From Nitrospirota bacterium (lineage in GTDB: Bacteria; Nitrospirota; Nitrospiria; Nitrospirales; Nitrospiraceae), in assembly GCA_963703955.1 (NCBI GenBank), contig CAVPGK010000003.1, positions 1 through 43,512 on the forward strand: 43,512 nucleotides of DNA, given 5' to 3'. Below the pieces are notes generated by a model. That model was not told the origin of the DNA, did not search any database, and saw only the letters and a program-made list of their open reading frames with translations. Both the position numbers and the translations under genes were made by a program. Positions 9,257 to 18,619 of this stretch are shown here, in pieces (the first letter of the stretch is position 1; each line of letters begins with the position of its first letter).

Positions 9257-10111
9257 ATGGCTCGCTATCCACGGGTGCTGATGGCCGGGGATGGCGCATT
9301 GACCATCGAGTTTGGATCGACGATCGATCCGGACATCAATCATCGTGTGATGGTCTGTTCGCGAGCCGTGGACAAGCTATCGTTATCCGGTCTGCTCGAC
9401 ATTGTCCCGACCTATCGATCGGTGACGGTCTATGTCGACCCGCTGAAAATCGATATCCTGTCGCTGGCGGAGCGCCTCCAGGCGCTCGCCGTATCGCTGG
9501 CCCCATCCACATCACGCCGTTCCCGGGCGGCAAAGAGCCCGTCCCTCGGGAAAAGAGCTGGTCTCGGCCAGCTCGGGGTGGGTGGGTGCAATAGCGATCG
9601 GGGCGGGCGAGTGAACTTGGGAAAGAGCCCGTCTCGGCGGGATCGGGGCGGGCGGGTGAAATTGAAGGAAATCCCGGTCCTCTACGGAGAAGAATATGGC
9701 CCTGATCTCCCGGCTGTCGCCGCGTTCGCCAAGCGCTCGATCGAGGATGTCATCGCGCTGCACATTTCGGTCGAATATCGCGTCTACATGCTGGGGTTCA
9801 GCCCCGGCTTTCCCTATATGGGGAAGATCCCGGATGAAATCGCGATGCCGCGCTTGGCCGCTCCGCGCGCGAAGGTGCCGGCGGGTTCGGTCGGGATCGC
9901 GGGCTCCCAGACCGGTATCTATCCGATCGAGACCCCCGGGGGATGGCTCCTGATCGGCCGAACGCCGCTTCGGCTCTACGACCCTAACCGGGCGAGGCCC
10001 TTTCTTCTTGAGCCAGAAAATCGTGTCCGGTTCGTCCGCATCGACCGCGCCGAGTACGACCGGCTTGACCGAGAGGAAAGTAACAAGTCAAAAGTTCACA
10101 GTAAAGAGTAA
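9257..10111 (+). CDS. pxpB: 5-oxoprolinase subunit B (KipI-like) carrying an in-frame ~46-aa repeat-derived insertion
   Basis: AAGGAGG RBS; DIVPTYRS, EIPVLYGEEYGPDL, YMLGFSPGFPY, VPAGSVGIAG, TPGGWLLIGRTP. Confidence 0.92.
   Translation: MARYPRVLMAGDGALTIEFGSTIDPDINHRVMVCSRAVDKLSLSGLLDIVPTYRSVTVYVDPLKIDILSLAERLQALAVSLAPSTSRRSRAAKSPSLGKRAGLGQLGVGGCNSDRGGRVNLGKSPSRRDRGGRVKLKEIPVLYGEEYGPDLPAVAAFAKRSIEDVIALHISVEYRVYMLGFSPGFPYMGKIPDEIAMPRLAAPRAKVPAGSVGIAGSQTGIYPIETPGGWLLIGRTPLRLYDPNRARPFLLEPENRVRFVRIDRAEYDRLDREESNKSKVHSKE
9524..9661 (+). repeat. Cluster of three type B hairpin-G-run repeats inside pxpB (one nested in another)
   Basis: Split copy 9524-9543 plus 9596-9615; complete copies at 9548-9591 and 9619-9661. 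Total 138 nt = 46 codons. Confidence 0.75.
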
Positions 10112-10159
10112 GGTGGAAAAGGCTTTTTTGCCTTTTTACCTTTCCCTTCGCATCAGCGT

Positions 10160-10927
10160 ATGCGCATCGATCTCAATTGCGACATGGGGGAATTCGCCGA
10201 TCCTGAGCGGCTTGCGCTGGAAGAGCGCATCATGCCTCTCGTGACGTCCGTAAGCATTGCCTGCGGGTTTCATGCAGGGGATCAGAATCTCATGCGGCGC
10301 ACGATTCGGCTCGCGCGGGCTCACGGAGTTGCGATCGGCGCGCATCCCAGTTTTCGCGATGTCGAGGGATTTGGTCGTCGGGAGATGACTTTCACGCCGG
10401 AAGAGGTGGAAAACCTCACGGCGTATCAGGTGGGAGCGCTTGCCGGGATTGCCGCGCTTGAAGGCGCATCGCTGAGCCATGTCAAACCGCACGGAGCGCT
10501 CTATAACATGGCGGCCAGGGAGCAGACCCTAGCATGGGCCATCGCGCGCGCGGTCGCCAAGGTTGATCGCCGGCTGATTCTCTTTGGGTTGGCCGGGTCG
10601 GCGCTCGTGGAAGCAGGGCGAGCCATCGGCCTTACCGTGGCAGAGGAAGCGTTTGTGGATCGCGCCTACAACGCAGATGGGTCATTGGTGCCCCGCCGGT
10701 CTGAAGGAGCAGTCATTCAGGCCGAGGCCGAGGTGATCCTCCGTATTCGGCGCTTGATTCTTGATGGGATCATCGTGAGCCATGACGACTCGTCGATTCG
10801 CCTCCATGCCGATACCATCTGTCTGCATGCCGACACGCCGGGCTCTCTTGGACTCGCGGAGGGAATCCGGCGAGAGTTGGTCAACATGAATGTCTACCTT
10901 CAGGCCGTCGCTCATGCCCCATCCTGA
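10160..10927 (+). CDS. pxpA: 5-oxoprolinase subunit A (LamB/YcsF family)
   Basis: IDLNCDMGE, IACGFHAGD, GAHPSF, HVKPHGALYN, EAFVDRAY, DTICLHADT. Confidence 0.95.
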   Translation: MRIDLNCDMGEFADPERLALEERIMPLVTSVSIACGFHAGDQNLMRRTIRLARAHGVAIGAHPSFRDVEGFGRREMTFTPEEVENLTAYQVGALAGIAALEGASLSHVKPHGALYNMAAREQTLAWAIARAVAKVDRRLILFGLAGSALVEAGRAIGLTVAEEAFVDRAYNADGSLVPRRSEGAVIQAEAEVILRIRRLILDGIIVSHDDSSIRLHADTICLHADTPGSLGLAEGIRRELVNMNVYLQAVAHAPS

Positions 10928-11876
10928 CCCTGCTCGGTTCTGGGTCATCCGCCCCGGATTTCTGACGACGGTCCAGGACCTTGGCCGATTCGGATTTCAG
11001 CGGTTTGGGATGCCGGTTGCCGGCGCGATGGACTCTGTCGCCCTGCGCCACGCCAACCGTCTGGTCGGCAATCCCGATGACGCGGCGGCGCTCGAGATGA
11101 CGGTCAAGGGAGCGGACCTCGCCTTTGAAACCGATGCGGTGATCGCGCTGACCGGAGCCGACCTGTCACCGATGATTGATCGTACGCCGGCGCCTCTCTG
11201 GACCACGGTAGAAATTAGACCTGGAAGCACGCTGAGCTTCGGTGAACGTCGAAACGGCGCGCGAGCCTACCTGGCGATAGCAGGAGGAATCGACGTGCCG
11301 GTGGTCTTAGGCAGCCGAGCGACCCACCTGGCCAGCCGGACAGGCGGATTCTTGGGCCGGGCTCTGGTCAAGAACGACAGGGTGACCTGTGGGCCTCGAC
11401 GTTCAGAAGCAGCAATGATGATCGGACGCACGATTCCAATCACCGCGCGCCCGCCATATAGTTCCGGGCCGACGCTGCGCGTGGTTCTCGGTCCACAAGC
11501 GGATTGCTTTTCGGCCGAAGCCGTCGAAACGCTGGTCCGCGAACGGTATACCGTCTCTCAGCACGCAGACCGCATGGGCTATCACCTTCACGGTCCATTG
11601 CTCGCCCATGCGGGACCGTCTGATATTGTGTCGGATGCGACCCCGCCAGGCTCGTTACAAGTCCCTGGCAATCAGCAGCCGATTCTGCTGATGGCGGATC
11701 GTCAGACGACCGGTGGGTACCCAAAGATCGGGGTAGTCATCACCGCCGATCTTCCGCTCGCGGCCCAACTGGCGCCGGGTGACACCGTCGGCTTCGCCCT
11801 GGTTGATGTGAGCGAGGCGCAAGCCATCGCTCGGGAGCAGCGGTCACAGCTCGAGGCGGCTCTGCCCGAATGGTAA
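10914..11876 (+). CDS. pxpC: 5-oxoprolinase subunit C (biotin-dependent carboxyltransferase family, KipA-like)
   Basis: TTVQDLGRFG, GAMD, GARAYLAIAGG, DRMGY, LMADRQTTGGYPKIG. Confidence 0.93.
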   Translation: MPHPDPARFWVIRPGFLTTVQDLGRFGFQRFGMPVAGAMDSVALRHANRLVGNPDDAAALEMTVKGADLAFETDAVIALTGADLSPMIDRTPAPLWTTVEIRPGSTLSFGERRNGARAYLAIAGGIDVPVVLGSRATHLASRTGGFLGRALVKNDRVTCGPRRSEAAMMIGRTIPITARPPYSSGPTLRVVLGPQADCFSAEAVETLVRERYTVSQHADRMGYHLHGPLLAHAGPSDIVSDATPPGSLQVPGNQQPILLMADRQTTGGYPKIGVVITADLPLAAQLAPGDTVGFALVDVSEAQAIAREQRSQLEAALPEW

Positions 11877-12212
11877 GAGCCTATTGGTCAAGCCGAAGTC
11901 CAACGCTTTCTCAGCTTCCCCATCTATCGATCCCAGGTAAGTCTAGCGTATACCTAAGGAGTCCCCTACAATCGGTCGCGACTTCCGTCGTGGAGCCATG
12001 TCCACAACATTAACCTAGTCTGAACGCTTAGGCTGTCTCTCCCATCGTGTTTGGAGTCATCTACGCCGCGATGGATGAATCGACCTCGTATCTGCTTCTT
12101 CTGATTTTTTCATTCCAAAACGGATTTTTCTGGCAAACGGTCCTGAGCAAAGTGTGAATCTCGCGGACTAGTGGATTCAATCTCACTCAGGATCTCGAAG
12201 CTGACACGTCAG

Positions 12213-12719
12213 TCAATTGGTGGGTAGTTCTGCGCCCGCATCCTCAGGAATAGGTGCCTGATATGCGGTCTCCACAATCGGTAAGGCTAGGAGCTTTGCA
12301 ATGATACGGTCCGCATCGTTTGTGCCGGCATGCTTCAGAGCGATGGTGATGTAGAGTCCTAAATCCCGCTTGTGACTCCCCTGAGTTCCCGACCGAAGAC
12401 CTCCGGCTTCATCGCTAAACAGCGGTTCGATACTCAGCACAGCAGGATCCTGCAATAACACGTTGAGCGTTGAGAAGGCCTGTTCTACGGCCTTGGCAGT
12501 TAACCCCTTTTTCTGAATGGGTGGGGCAGACTCCTGTTTGGGAGCAAGGACTCCCGAGACCCGCCTCTCCGAAAGGCGGATCTCGAGACCATCGACCAGT
12601 TTTACAGTGATGCGAGCTGGAAAGGAACTTTCCGGGGTCAGGCCCATTGCGCTCACGAGCGCAAGCACGCACGCTAGGGCGACGAGCAGCTGACGCCTTT
12701 GGCCCAGAATCGGAGACAT
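12213..12719 (-). CDS. Secreted stand-alone S8 peptidase prodomain-like protein (candidate inhibitor/chaperone)
   Basis: Signal-like N-terminus; colinear similarity to the prodomain of the adjacent S8 protease (VETAYQAPIPEDA vs VETAYLAPVPVDA). Start may instead be TTG 12728. Confidence 0.75.
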   Translation of the reverse strand: MSPILGQRRQLLVALACVLALVSAMGLTPESSFPARITVKLVDGLEIRLSERRVSGVLAPKQESAPPIQKKGLTAKAVEQAFSTLNVLLQDPAVLSIEPLFSDEAGGLRSGTQGSHKRDLGLYITIALKHAGTNDADRIIAKLLALPIVETAYQAPIPEDAGAELPTN

Positions 12720-12776
12720 TCTGCTCAATTATATTCACAAACTCCTGGCACTTTCATGCAAGAAGGAATGATCCCT

Positions 12777-15383
12777 CTAACGTCTCCAGTAACTCATAGG
12801 TGGATTGGGCCTCTTGACGAAACATTGTCGAGTAAATCCGTACTTCTGGATGACGTTGAGAGACGCACGAGCCTCATGTTCCTTGTCCTCAAAGTCTAGG
12901 ACCCACATGTTTCCTTGCACGATCTTCCATCGGCCGCTTACCTGCTGAACTTGCATCCCGTTAGGGTTAACCGAAATACAGTCCTCTCCTGAGAATGCTC
13001 CAGTCGGCACTTGGTTGTTCACCAACCAATAGCTCATCGAAGGATCTGGCCGACCGATAAAGCAAATCTTGTTCAATCCGTAGTGCCGGATCGTATTGCG
13101 GGCCCTCACTGCGGCCGCTTGGTCATTAGCAAAGTCCAGGAGCCAATGGTTGCCATCCACCACCTTCCAGCGATTTTGGATCCGCTGCGCCGACACGTTA
13201 TTGGGGTTCAATCCAAGGCAATCCTGTAATGGCATTTGCGACACGGCATTGCGCAGGTTTGGAAGAGGGCCGATCTGTCCTGCGTTGGTGTTTTGCTGGG
13301 GTGTTCCTGTATTGCGCAGCAGGGTGCGTAGTTGAATCGCGGGCATCCCCTCGATGCCGGCGGCGCGACGGATGCCCATCAGAGACATGACAGCCCCGGT
13401 CACGATAGGCGACGCGCTGGATGTCCCACTGAATTGGTTGGTGTACCACTGGCGGCGATCTGCTCCATTGATGCGATTTTGCGGATCAGGCACTCCGTAC
13501 CCTGTGCTCCAGACTCCTTGGCCCCAGCCATGCACGTCGACACGGCTTCCACGGTTCGTCCAACAGGTTGGCCGGAGATTGCCGTCGGACGCGCCGACTA
13601 TGATCGCACCCGAATCTCGGGTGTTTCGGTTGAAGCGGTTTCCGTACCGAGCGTCATCTAAATTCATGCTCCCGTTGCCGGCGGCCTCGACCACATGAAT
13701 TCCCCGGGCGGTCGCTGCCTGGATCGCATCGAACTCGGCCTGCCAGTATTCCATGGCAATGTATTCGAACTGCCCGCAGTTACAAGTACATTGCTGACCG
13801 CTCGCCGGCCCCTTGGCATGTTGCTCGATGAGGATCACATCGCCCCGACTCAATCGGCTTGCCGCGACGTTCACAGCATCGGCCACACTGTAGCCACCCG
13901 TCGGACGAATGACGGAGACGACGCCGTATGCACCGCCGCTCGCGATGCCTGTGACTCCATAGCTACCGTTATTTGAAACCATTTCCCCCAAGACTGCAGT
14001 CCCATGATCGCTGCTCGTGCCAATCGATCCATTCGTAAAGAACGGCGGCGGGAGATCTTCATGTTGGAGATACCAACTTCCTTCGATATCAATGACGCGA
14101 ATGCCGTTGCCTCGACCTCCCAGCAAGGTCCAGGCAAATTGCGCATCAATACCCTGGGGAGCAGGCGCAACGTACCCCTGGTTAGCCTGAAGAGTCGGAG
14201 TCGGCGGGGCGATATCTGCCTGGGCATCCACAGGAACCGGGGCCAAGTAAGCTGTTTCTACTGATGCTAACCCGTTGAACTCGTCTACCAGCTCCTCACC
14301 TTTGGTGTCCGGTTCAAGCTGGATTGTGAAATAATTACTGAGGTCCGCCTGCTCCTGAGCGGTCAGGCGTTCGGCAGCGATGCGGTCGGCTTGAAGCAAC
14401 TTCTCCTGTCTCGAAAACAACGGTGCTATCTGTTTGACCGCCTGGCGCTTCAAGATCTCATTGACTTTTGCCAGGTCGGTTTGCACTTTACTTTGAGTCA
14501 CGTTGCCCCGTTGCATCCTCGCTTTCGATTCGGCATCCTGAGCGGGGGGCATTGAGCGGAACGAGGGTTTGGTATCCCTTGAGGCCGATTGACCGAGCCG
14601 AACGACGGCTCCCTCCTTGAATTTCACAATGATTCGATCTCGGAAGAGGCCCTGGTAGAACGTGGCCCGAGCAGGGCGTTCCTCCACGACACGTGCCTTG
14701 ATCGTTGCAGTGGCCTGAGGAGCTTCCTGATCGACAGGGTCTTTCGAGGGAATTCGAAGCCCGGATTGAACTGCACTCTTGGCCTTCCCACGACTTTTTG
14801 CGATCACCGAAGCGCTGACCGGGGCCAGCGCGCGCTTGGCCACGCCAGAGTAAGTTCCTGCGGCATCCGCTGATTTGCCAGAGGGGAGGAGTAACACGAA
14901 GTGGTGTTCGTCCGGGTTTGGCCCTGCCACCGATTCGGCTTCTGGAGCAGTGAGTTTTTCCTTATGGGTTCCGCTCTTTGCCGTCAGAGTCCAGGTTTGA
15001 TTTCCGACCTCGCTCTGTACTCTGAGAGGTGGTCCCGCAGTAACTTCGACGAGGTAGTTGCCCGCATCAAGTATTGCCGGATTTCCGTCTGAAGTTTGGA
15101 ATTGAGTCGATCGTTGCAAGACGACTGGCACCGAGGCAACCGCAGCGCCACCTCGATCCTCGCCTCTCTCGGGCAACGCTTTGATCGCGGCGTCGACCTG
15201 CTCGGCGGTCGATGATGCGGAAGTTGGGTCAGCAGCCGGAGGTTCGCCTTCTTGTGCGGCAACTGGCGGTGTGAACCAACCAAGTGAGATGATTTTCTTG
15301 TCGGAGAGAGAATCGAGAGACCGATTCAGATAGGTCGCCAGAAGCAGAAGAGCGAAGACGGCTAGAATCGTTGGTTTTCTCAT
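12777..15383 (-). CDS. Secreted S8 (subtilisin-family) serine peptidase with prodomain and two C-terminal repeat domains
   Basis: Catalytic triad VIDIEG / DHGTAVLG / FSGTSSASP; oxyanion AAGNG; GGAGG before MRKPT; N-terminal hydrophobic segment. Confidence 0.93.
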   Translation of the reverse strand: MRKPTILAVFALLLLATYLNRSLDSLSDKKIISLGWFTPPVAAQEGEPPAADPTSASSTAEQVDAAIKALPERGEDRGGAAVASVPVVLQRSTQFQTSDGNPAILDAGNYLVEVTAGPPLRVQSEVGNQTWTLTAKSGTHKEKLTAPEAESVAGPNPDEHHFVLLLPSGKSADAAGTYSGVAKRALAPVSASVIAKSRGKAKSAVQSGLRIPSKDPVDQEAPQATATIKARVVEERPARATFYQGLFRDRIIVKFKEGAVVRLGQSASRDTKPSFRSMPPAQDAESKARMQRGNVTQSKVQTDLAKVNEILKRQAVKQIAPLFSRQEKLLQADRIAAERLTAQEQADLSNYFTIQLEPDTKGEELVDEFNGLASVETAYLAPVPVDAQADIAPPTPTLQANQGYVAPAPQGIDAQFAWTLLGGRGNGIRVIDIEGSWYLQHEDLPPPFFTNGSIGTSSDHGTAVLGEMVSNNGSYGVTGIASGGAYGVVSVIRPTGGYSVADAVNVAASRLSRGDVILIEQHAKGPASGQQCTCNCGQFEYIAMEYWQAEFDAIQAATARGIHVVEAAGNGSMNLDDARYGNRFNRNTRDSGAIIVGASDGNLRPTCWTNRGSRVDVHGWGQGVWSTGYGVPDPQNRINGADRRQWYTNQFSGTSSASPIVTGAVMSLMGIRRAAGIEGMPAIQLRTLLRNTGTPQQNTNAGQIGPLPNLRNAVSQMPLQDCLGLNPNNVSAQRIQNRWKVVDGNHWLLDFANDQAAAVRARNTIRHYGLNKICFIGRPDPSMSYWLVNNQVPTGAFSGEDCISVNPNGMQVQQVSGRWKIVQGNMWVLDFEDKEHEARASLNVIQKYGFTRQCFVKRPNPPMSYWRR

Positions 15384-15667
15384 GACTGCCTCCATGCAAA
15401 TGAAGTAGAGAAGTAGCGAAGGCCATTCGAATAGGTGGCTCCCTCAATGTTGGTCCTCTGGTCCCGCCAGCGAGTCAGTCACCATGCGGCATGGGAACTT
15501 GCTCAGATGCGGCGGCCAGATCAGGTCGTGTAGATCGTGGCACGCAAGGACGGTGCCCTCAGAGAAATCAGATGAAGAGTCACGGGCGGTCGACAACTTG
15601 TAAATGGAACCAAAACAAAAGAGGGGCGTCTACAAGCTTTCCTGTTTATCGTAACAGATACGCTCTA

Positions 15668-15823
15668 CTATCTGATCCGATACAGTCGACGTGTTGTTGA
15701 TTGAGCATCAACCCTGAATCTGGGGTGAAACGATACCTCTTCGCCAAGGCCCTGGTTCCACATCACGGAATCTCCGACGACCATAATTCTGCAGAGATCG
15801 CCGGAACCAGCCGTAACGTCCAT
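15668..15823 (-). pseudogene. Relic of an SGNH/GDSL hydrolase N-terminus
   Basis: 51-aa ORF MDVTAGSGDLCRIMVVGDSVMWNQGLGEE... with a block I GDS motif; no later SGNH blocks. Confidence 0.4.
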
Positions 15824-15916
15824 TGACACGGCATCATCTCCCAAGCCAGTGGAGGGCGATCAAGTCAGATACTATGGCTGCAATCTTTCTTTTTCGCGCC
15901 AACCTGTTCTGAAGAG

Positions 15917-17617
15917 CTACCCGTCCTGCTGCGCCTTCTCAATCTTTGCCCAGGAATCCCGCAATGCCACGGTTCGATTGAACACGAGTTTGCCTGGGGA
16001 TGAATCAGGATCGACGCAAAAGTACCCTTGGCGTTCGAATTGATATCGGCTTCCCGTGGGAGCCCCGGCAAGGCTCGGCTCAACACGACATGAGGTGAGC
16101 CGCTCCAGTGAATGGGGATTGAGATCCGATGTCCAATCCTGACCACCCTCCCCATCGCCTGGACTCTCCTTCTGAAACAGGGACTCATACAACCGCACCT
16201 CCGCATCCAGCGCGTGAGCAGCCGACACCCAGTGCAAGGTGCCTTTGACCTTCCGTCCCGCTTGGGATGAACCACCGCGCGTCTCCGGGTCATAGGTGCA
16301 GTGGACTTCGATCACCTCTCCGGATCGCTCGTCTTTCACCGCTCCTACACATTGAATGATGTACGCATAGCGGAGACGAACCTCTTGTCCGGGAGACAGT
16401 CTGAAAAATTTCCTGGGCGGACTCTCACGAAAATCGTCTTGCTCGATGTACACGACACGCGAGAAAGGGACCGTCCGTGTCCCCATGGTCGGGTCCTCCG
16501 GATTGTTCACGGCGTCCAAGCTCTCAACCTGCCCCTCGGGATAGTTGTCGATCACCACCCGGAGGGGCCGCAGGACGGCCATCACACGCGGTGCCCGGCG
16601 ATTTAAATCTTCACGAATAAAGTGCTCCAGCAACGCCATTTCCACAACCGCGTCCCGCTTCGCCACGCCAATGTGTTCGCAAAAGGCCCGGATCGCCTCT
16701 GGGGTATACCCACGCCGTCGCAATCCCTTGAGCGTCGGCAGGCGAGGATCATCCCATCCCGTGACGAGCCGGCGCTCGACCAGGTCCAGCAGTTTTCGCT
16801 TGCTCATGACGGTATGGGTCAGGTTGAGACGCGCGAACTCGATCTGTTGGGGATGGCATGGGACGTCCACGTGATCCAGCACCCAATCATACAAGGGGCG
16901 ATGATCCTCAAATTCCAGAGTGCAGATGGAATGGGTGATTCCTTCGATGGCGTCCGACAAGGGATGTGCATAATCGTAGGTCGGATAGATGCACCAGGCC
17001 GGTCCTGTTCGGTAATGGGAGACGTGGCGAATCCGATAGAGGACCGGATCGCGCAGATTGATGTTGGGCGAGGCCATGTCGATCTTCGCGCGTAGGACGT
17101 GGGCTCCGTCCGGGAATTCGCCCGCCCGCATTCGGGTAAACAGATCCACGTTCTCCTCGATCGACCGATTCCGATACGGGCTCTCCTTGCCTGGCTCCGT
17201 GAGCGTGCCTCGGTATTGCCGTATCTCGTCCGCGCTCAAGCTATCCACGTAGGCTTTTCCCCTCGTGATAAGCTGGACGGCGAACTTATAGAGCTGCTCG
17301 AAGTAATCCGAGGCGAAAAACATGCGATCCCGCCAGTCGAACCCTAACCAGCGCACGTCCGCTTGAATCGCCTCCACGTAGTCGGGATTTTCCGTCGTCG
17401 GGTTCGTATCGTCGAACCGAAGATGGCAGATCCCGCGATTCTCCATCGCGACCCCGAAATTCAGACAGATCGACTTGGCGTGCCCGATATGGAGATAGCC
17501 GTTGGGCTCAGGCGGAAAACGGGTCACCACACGTCCGCCGTGCTTACCGGTCTTGAGGTCCTGGGCGACGATGTCGCGGATGAAATCCGATGGGATGGTT
17601 GACTCGGGCGTGGTCAT
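15917..17617 (-). CDS. glnS: Glutaminyl-tRNA synthetase
   Basis: [17 protein letters not shown] (HIGH), VMSKRKL (KMSKS variant), [18 protein letters not shown] before MTTPES. Confidence 0.97.
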   Translation of the reverse strand: MTTPESTIPSDFIRDIVAQDLKTGKHGGRVVTRFPPEPNGYLHIGHAKSICLNFGVAMENRGICHLRFDDTNPTTENPDYVEAIQADVRWLGFDWRDRMFFASDYFEQLYKFAVQLITRGKAYVDSLSADEIRQYRGTLTEPGKESPYRNRSIEENVDLFTRMRAGEFPDGAHVLRAKIDMASPNINLRDPVLYRIRHVSHYRTGPAWCIYPTYDYAHPLSDAIEGITHSICTLEFEDHRPLYDWVLDHVDVPCHPQQIEFARLNLTHTVMSKRKLLDLVERRLVTGWDDPRLPTLKGLRRRGYTPEAIRAFCEHIGVAKRDAVVEMALLEHFIREDLNRRAPRVMAVLRPLRVVIDNYPEGQVESLDAVNNPEDPTMGTRTVPFSRVVYIEQDDFRESPPRKFFRLSPGQEVRLRYAYIIQCVGAVKDERSGEVIEVHCTYDPETRGGSSQAGRKVKGTLHWVSAAHALDAEVRLYESLFQKESPGDGEGGQDWTSDLNPHSLERLTSCRVEPSLAGAPTGSRYQFERQGYFCVDPDSSPGKLVFNRTVALRDSWAKIEKAQQDG

Positions 17618-17812
17618 CGAACACAACTCCTCGTTCAGTGACTCTGTCATCAAGGCCGATCATGCGGCGAGCAGGCAGCTTCGGCATGATGCTTCGCTCT
17701 GATGGCTGAAGCCGTCTGGCATTTCTATCATAGACCGGGTCTGAGGAGAAATGGCCAAGATGACTGTTCTATTCTGACGGTGGGAGGTCCTCGGAGGATC
17801 TTGATCTATGAT

Positions 17813-18541
17813 CTATTTCAGCAGATCCAGTCCCTCTTGCGTGAATTCGTCTTGAAGCAGAGTGCCGTGAGCCTCTTGAAGGAGGTCAGGAATCATGAGC
17901 GTCGTGAGGGCACTCTCGTGGGCGAGCGGATGTTTGGGCTTCTCGTTGGCAAGCAGGTCGGAAACGTCCTCTCCAAGGTTCAAGGAAACGTCATTCTCGT
18001 AGCCAAATCTCTCCAGCATGGAGAGAAACATTTTCGTAAGGAGGCGAGCATCGTCTGGGAGTAGCCAACCGTCACGCAGTCCGACTTCGCCGTAGATACG
18101 CTTACACAGGGTTTCCTTCGATCCCTCGCTGGATAACCCGAACTCCTGGCAAATTTCTGAGAGAGTGTCCATGCCATACTGGCTGAGGTAGAAAATCGTT
18201 TGGCGGGGAGAGGTTTCCGACGGAACAACCACCCGATCGGTATGTTCTCGGATGCGAGCCATTTTTTCTTCGAGCGTCCCGTTTGGGATCTGACCGAGGT
18301 CGTGCAGCCATTCATACAGCTCTTTAGAAATCGAAAACCCAATATAGCAATCAAGAAGGTCTTTTCTTATTTTCGCATTCTGTGAACCATCACCCTCCGT
18401 TAGAGATGATGAGGTTATTGGCTTCAGAGTCGGCACGCCGACGGCCGGGGGCTGGACGGAGGTCCGATGCATCGGAGACCCACACGATGGGCAGGAGTGA
18501 GTCTCGTCAGGAAGCATCACACCACAGGATGCACACTTCAT
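17813..18541 (-). CDS. Hypothetical protein with N-terminal zinc ribbon and two SAP-like motifs
   Basis: MKCASCG...CPSCG; AGGAGGAG RBS; two GL..G.KE.L..RI-like helical motifs. Confidence 0.75.
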   Translation of the reverse strand: MKCASCGVMLPDETHSCPSCGSPMHRTSVQPPAVGVPTLKPITSSSLTEGDGSQNAKIRKDLLDCYIGFSISKELYEWLHDLGQIPNGTLEEKMARIREHTDRVVVPSETSPRQTIFYLSQYGMDTLSEICQEFGLSSEGSKETLCKRIYGEVGLRDGWLLPDDARLLTKMFLSMLERFGYENDVSLNLGEDVSDLLANEKPKHPLAHESALTTLMIPDLLQEAHGTLLQDEFTQEGLDLLK

Positions 18542-18619
18542 GGCTCTCCTCCTTGGCCGGGCTCTCGCCTTGAATGATCAACAGAAAACTATTCGGCTAT
18601 CGCTCTTCGAGTCTCTTTT

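Noticed and set aside
11877..12212. Integration site, tRNA or att repeat flanking the protease island
   Set aside because: More AT-rich, but no tRNA, direct repeat or integrase could be seen.
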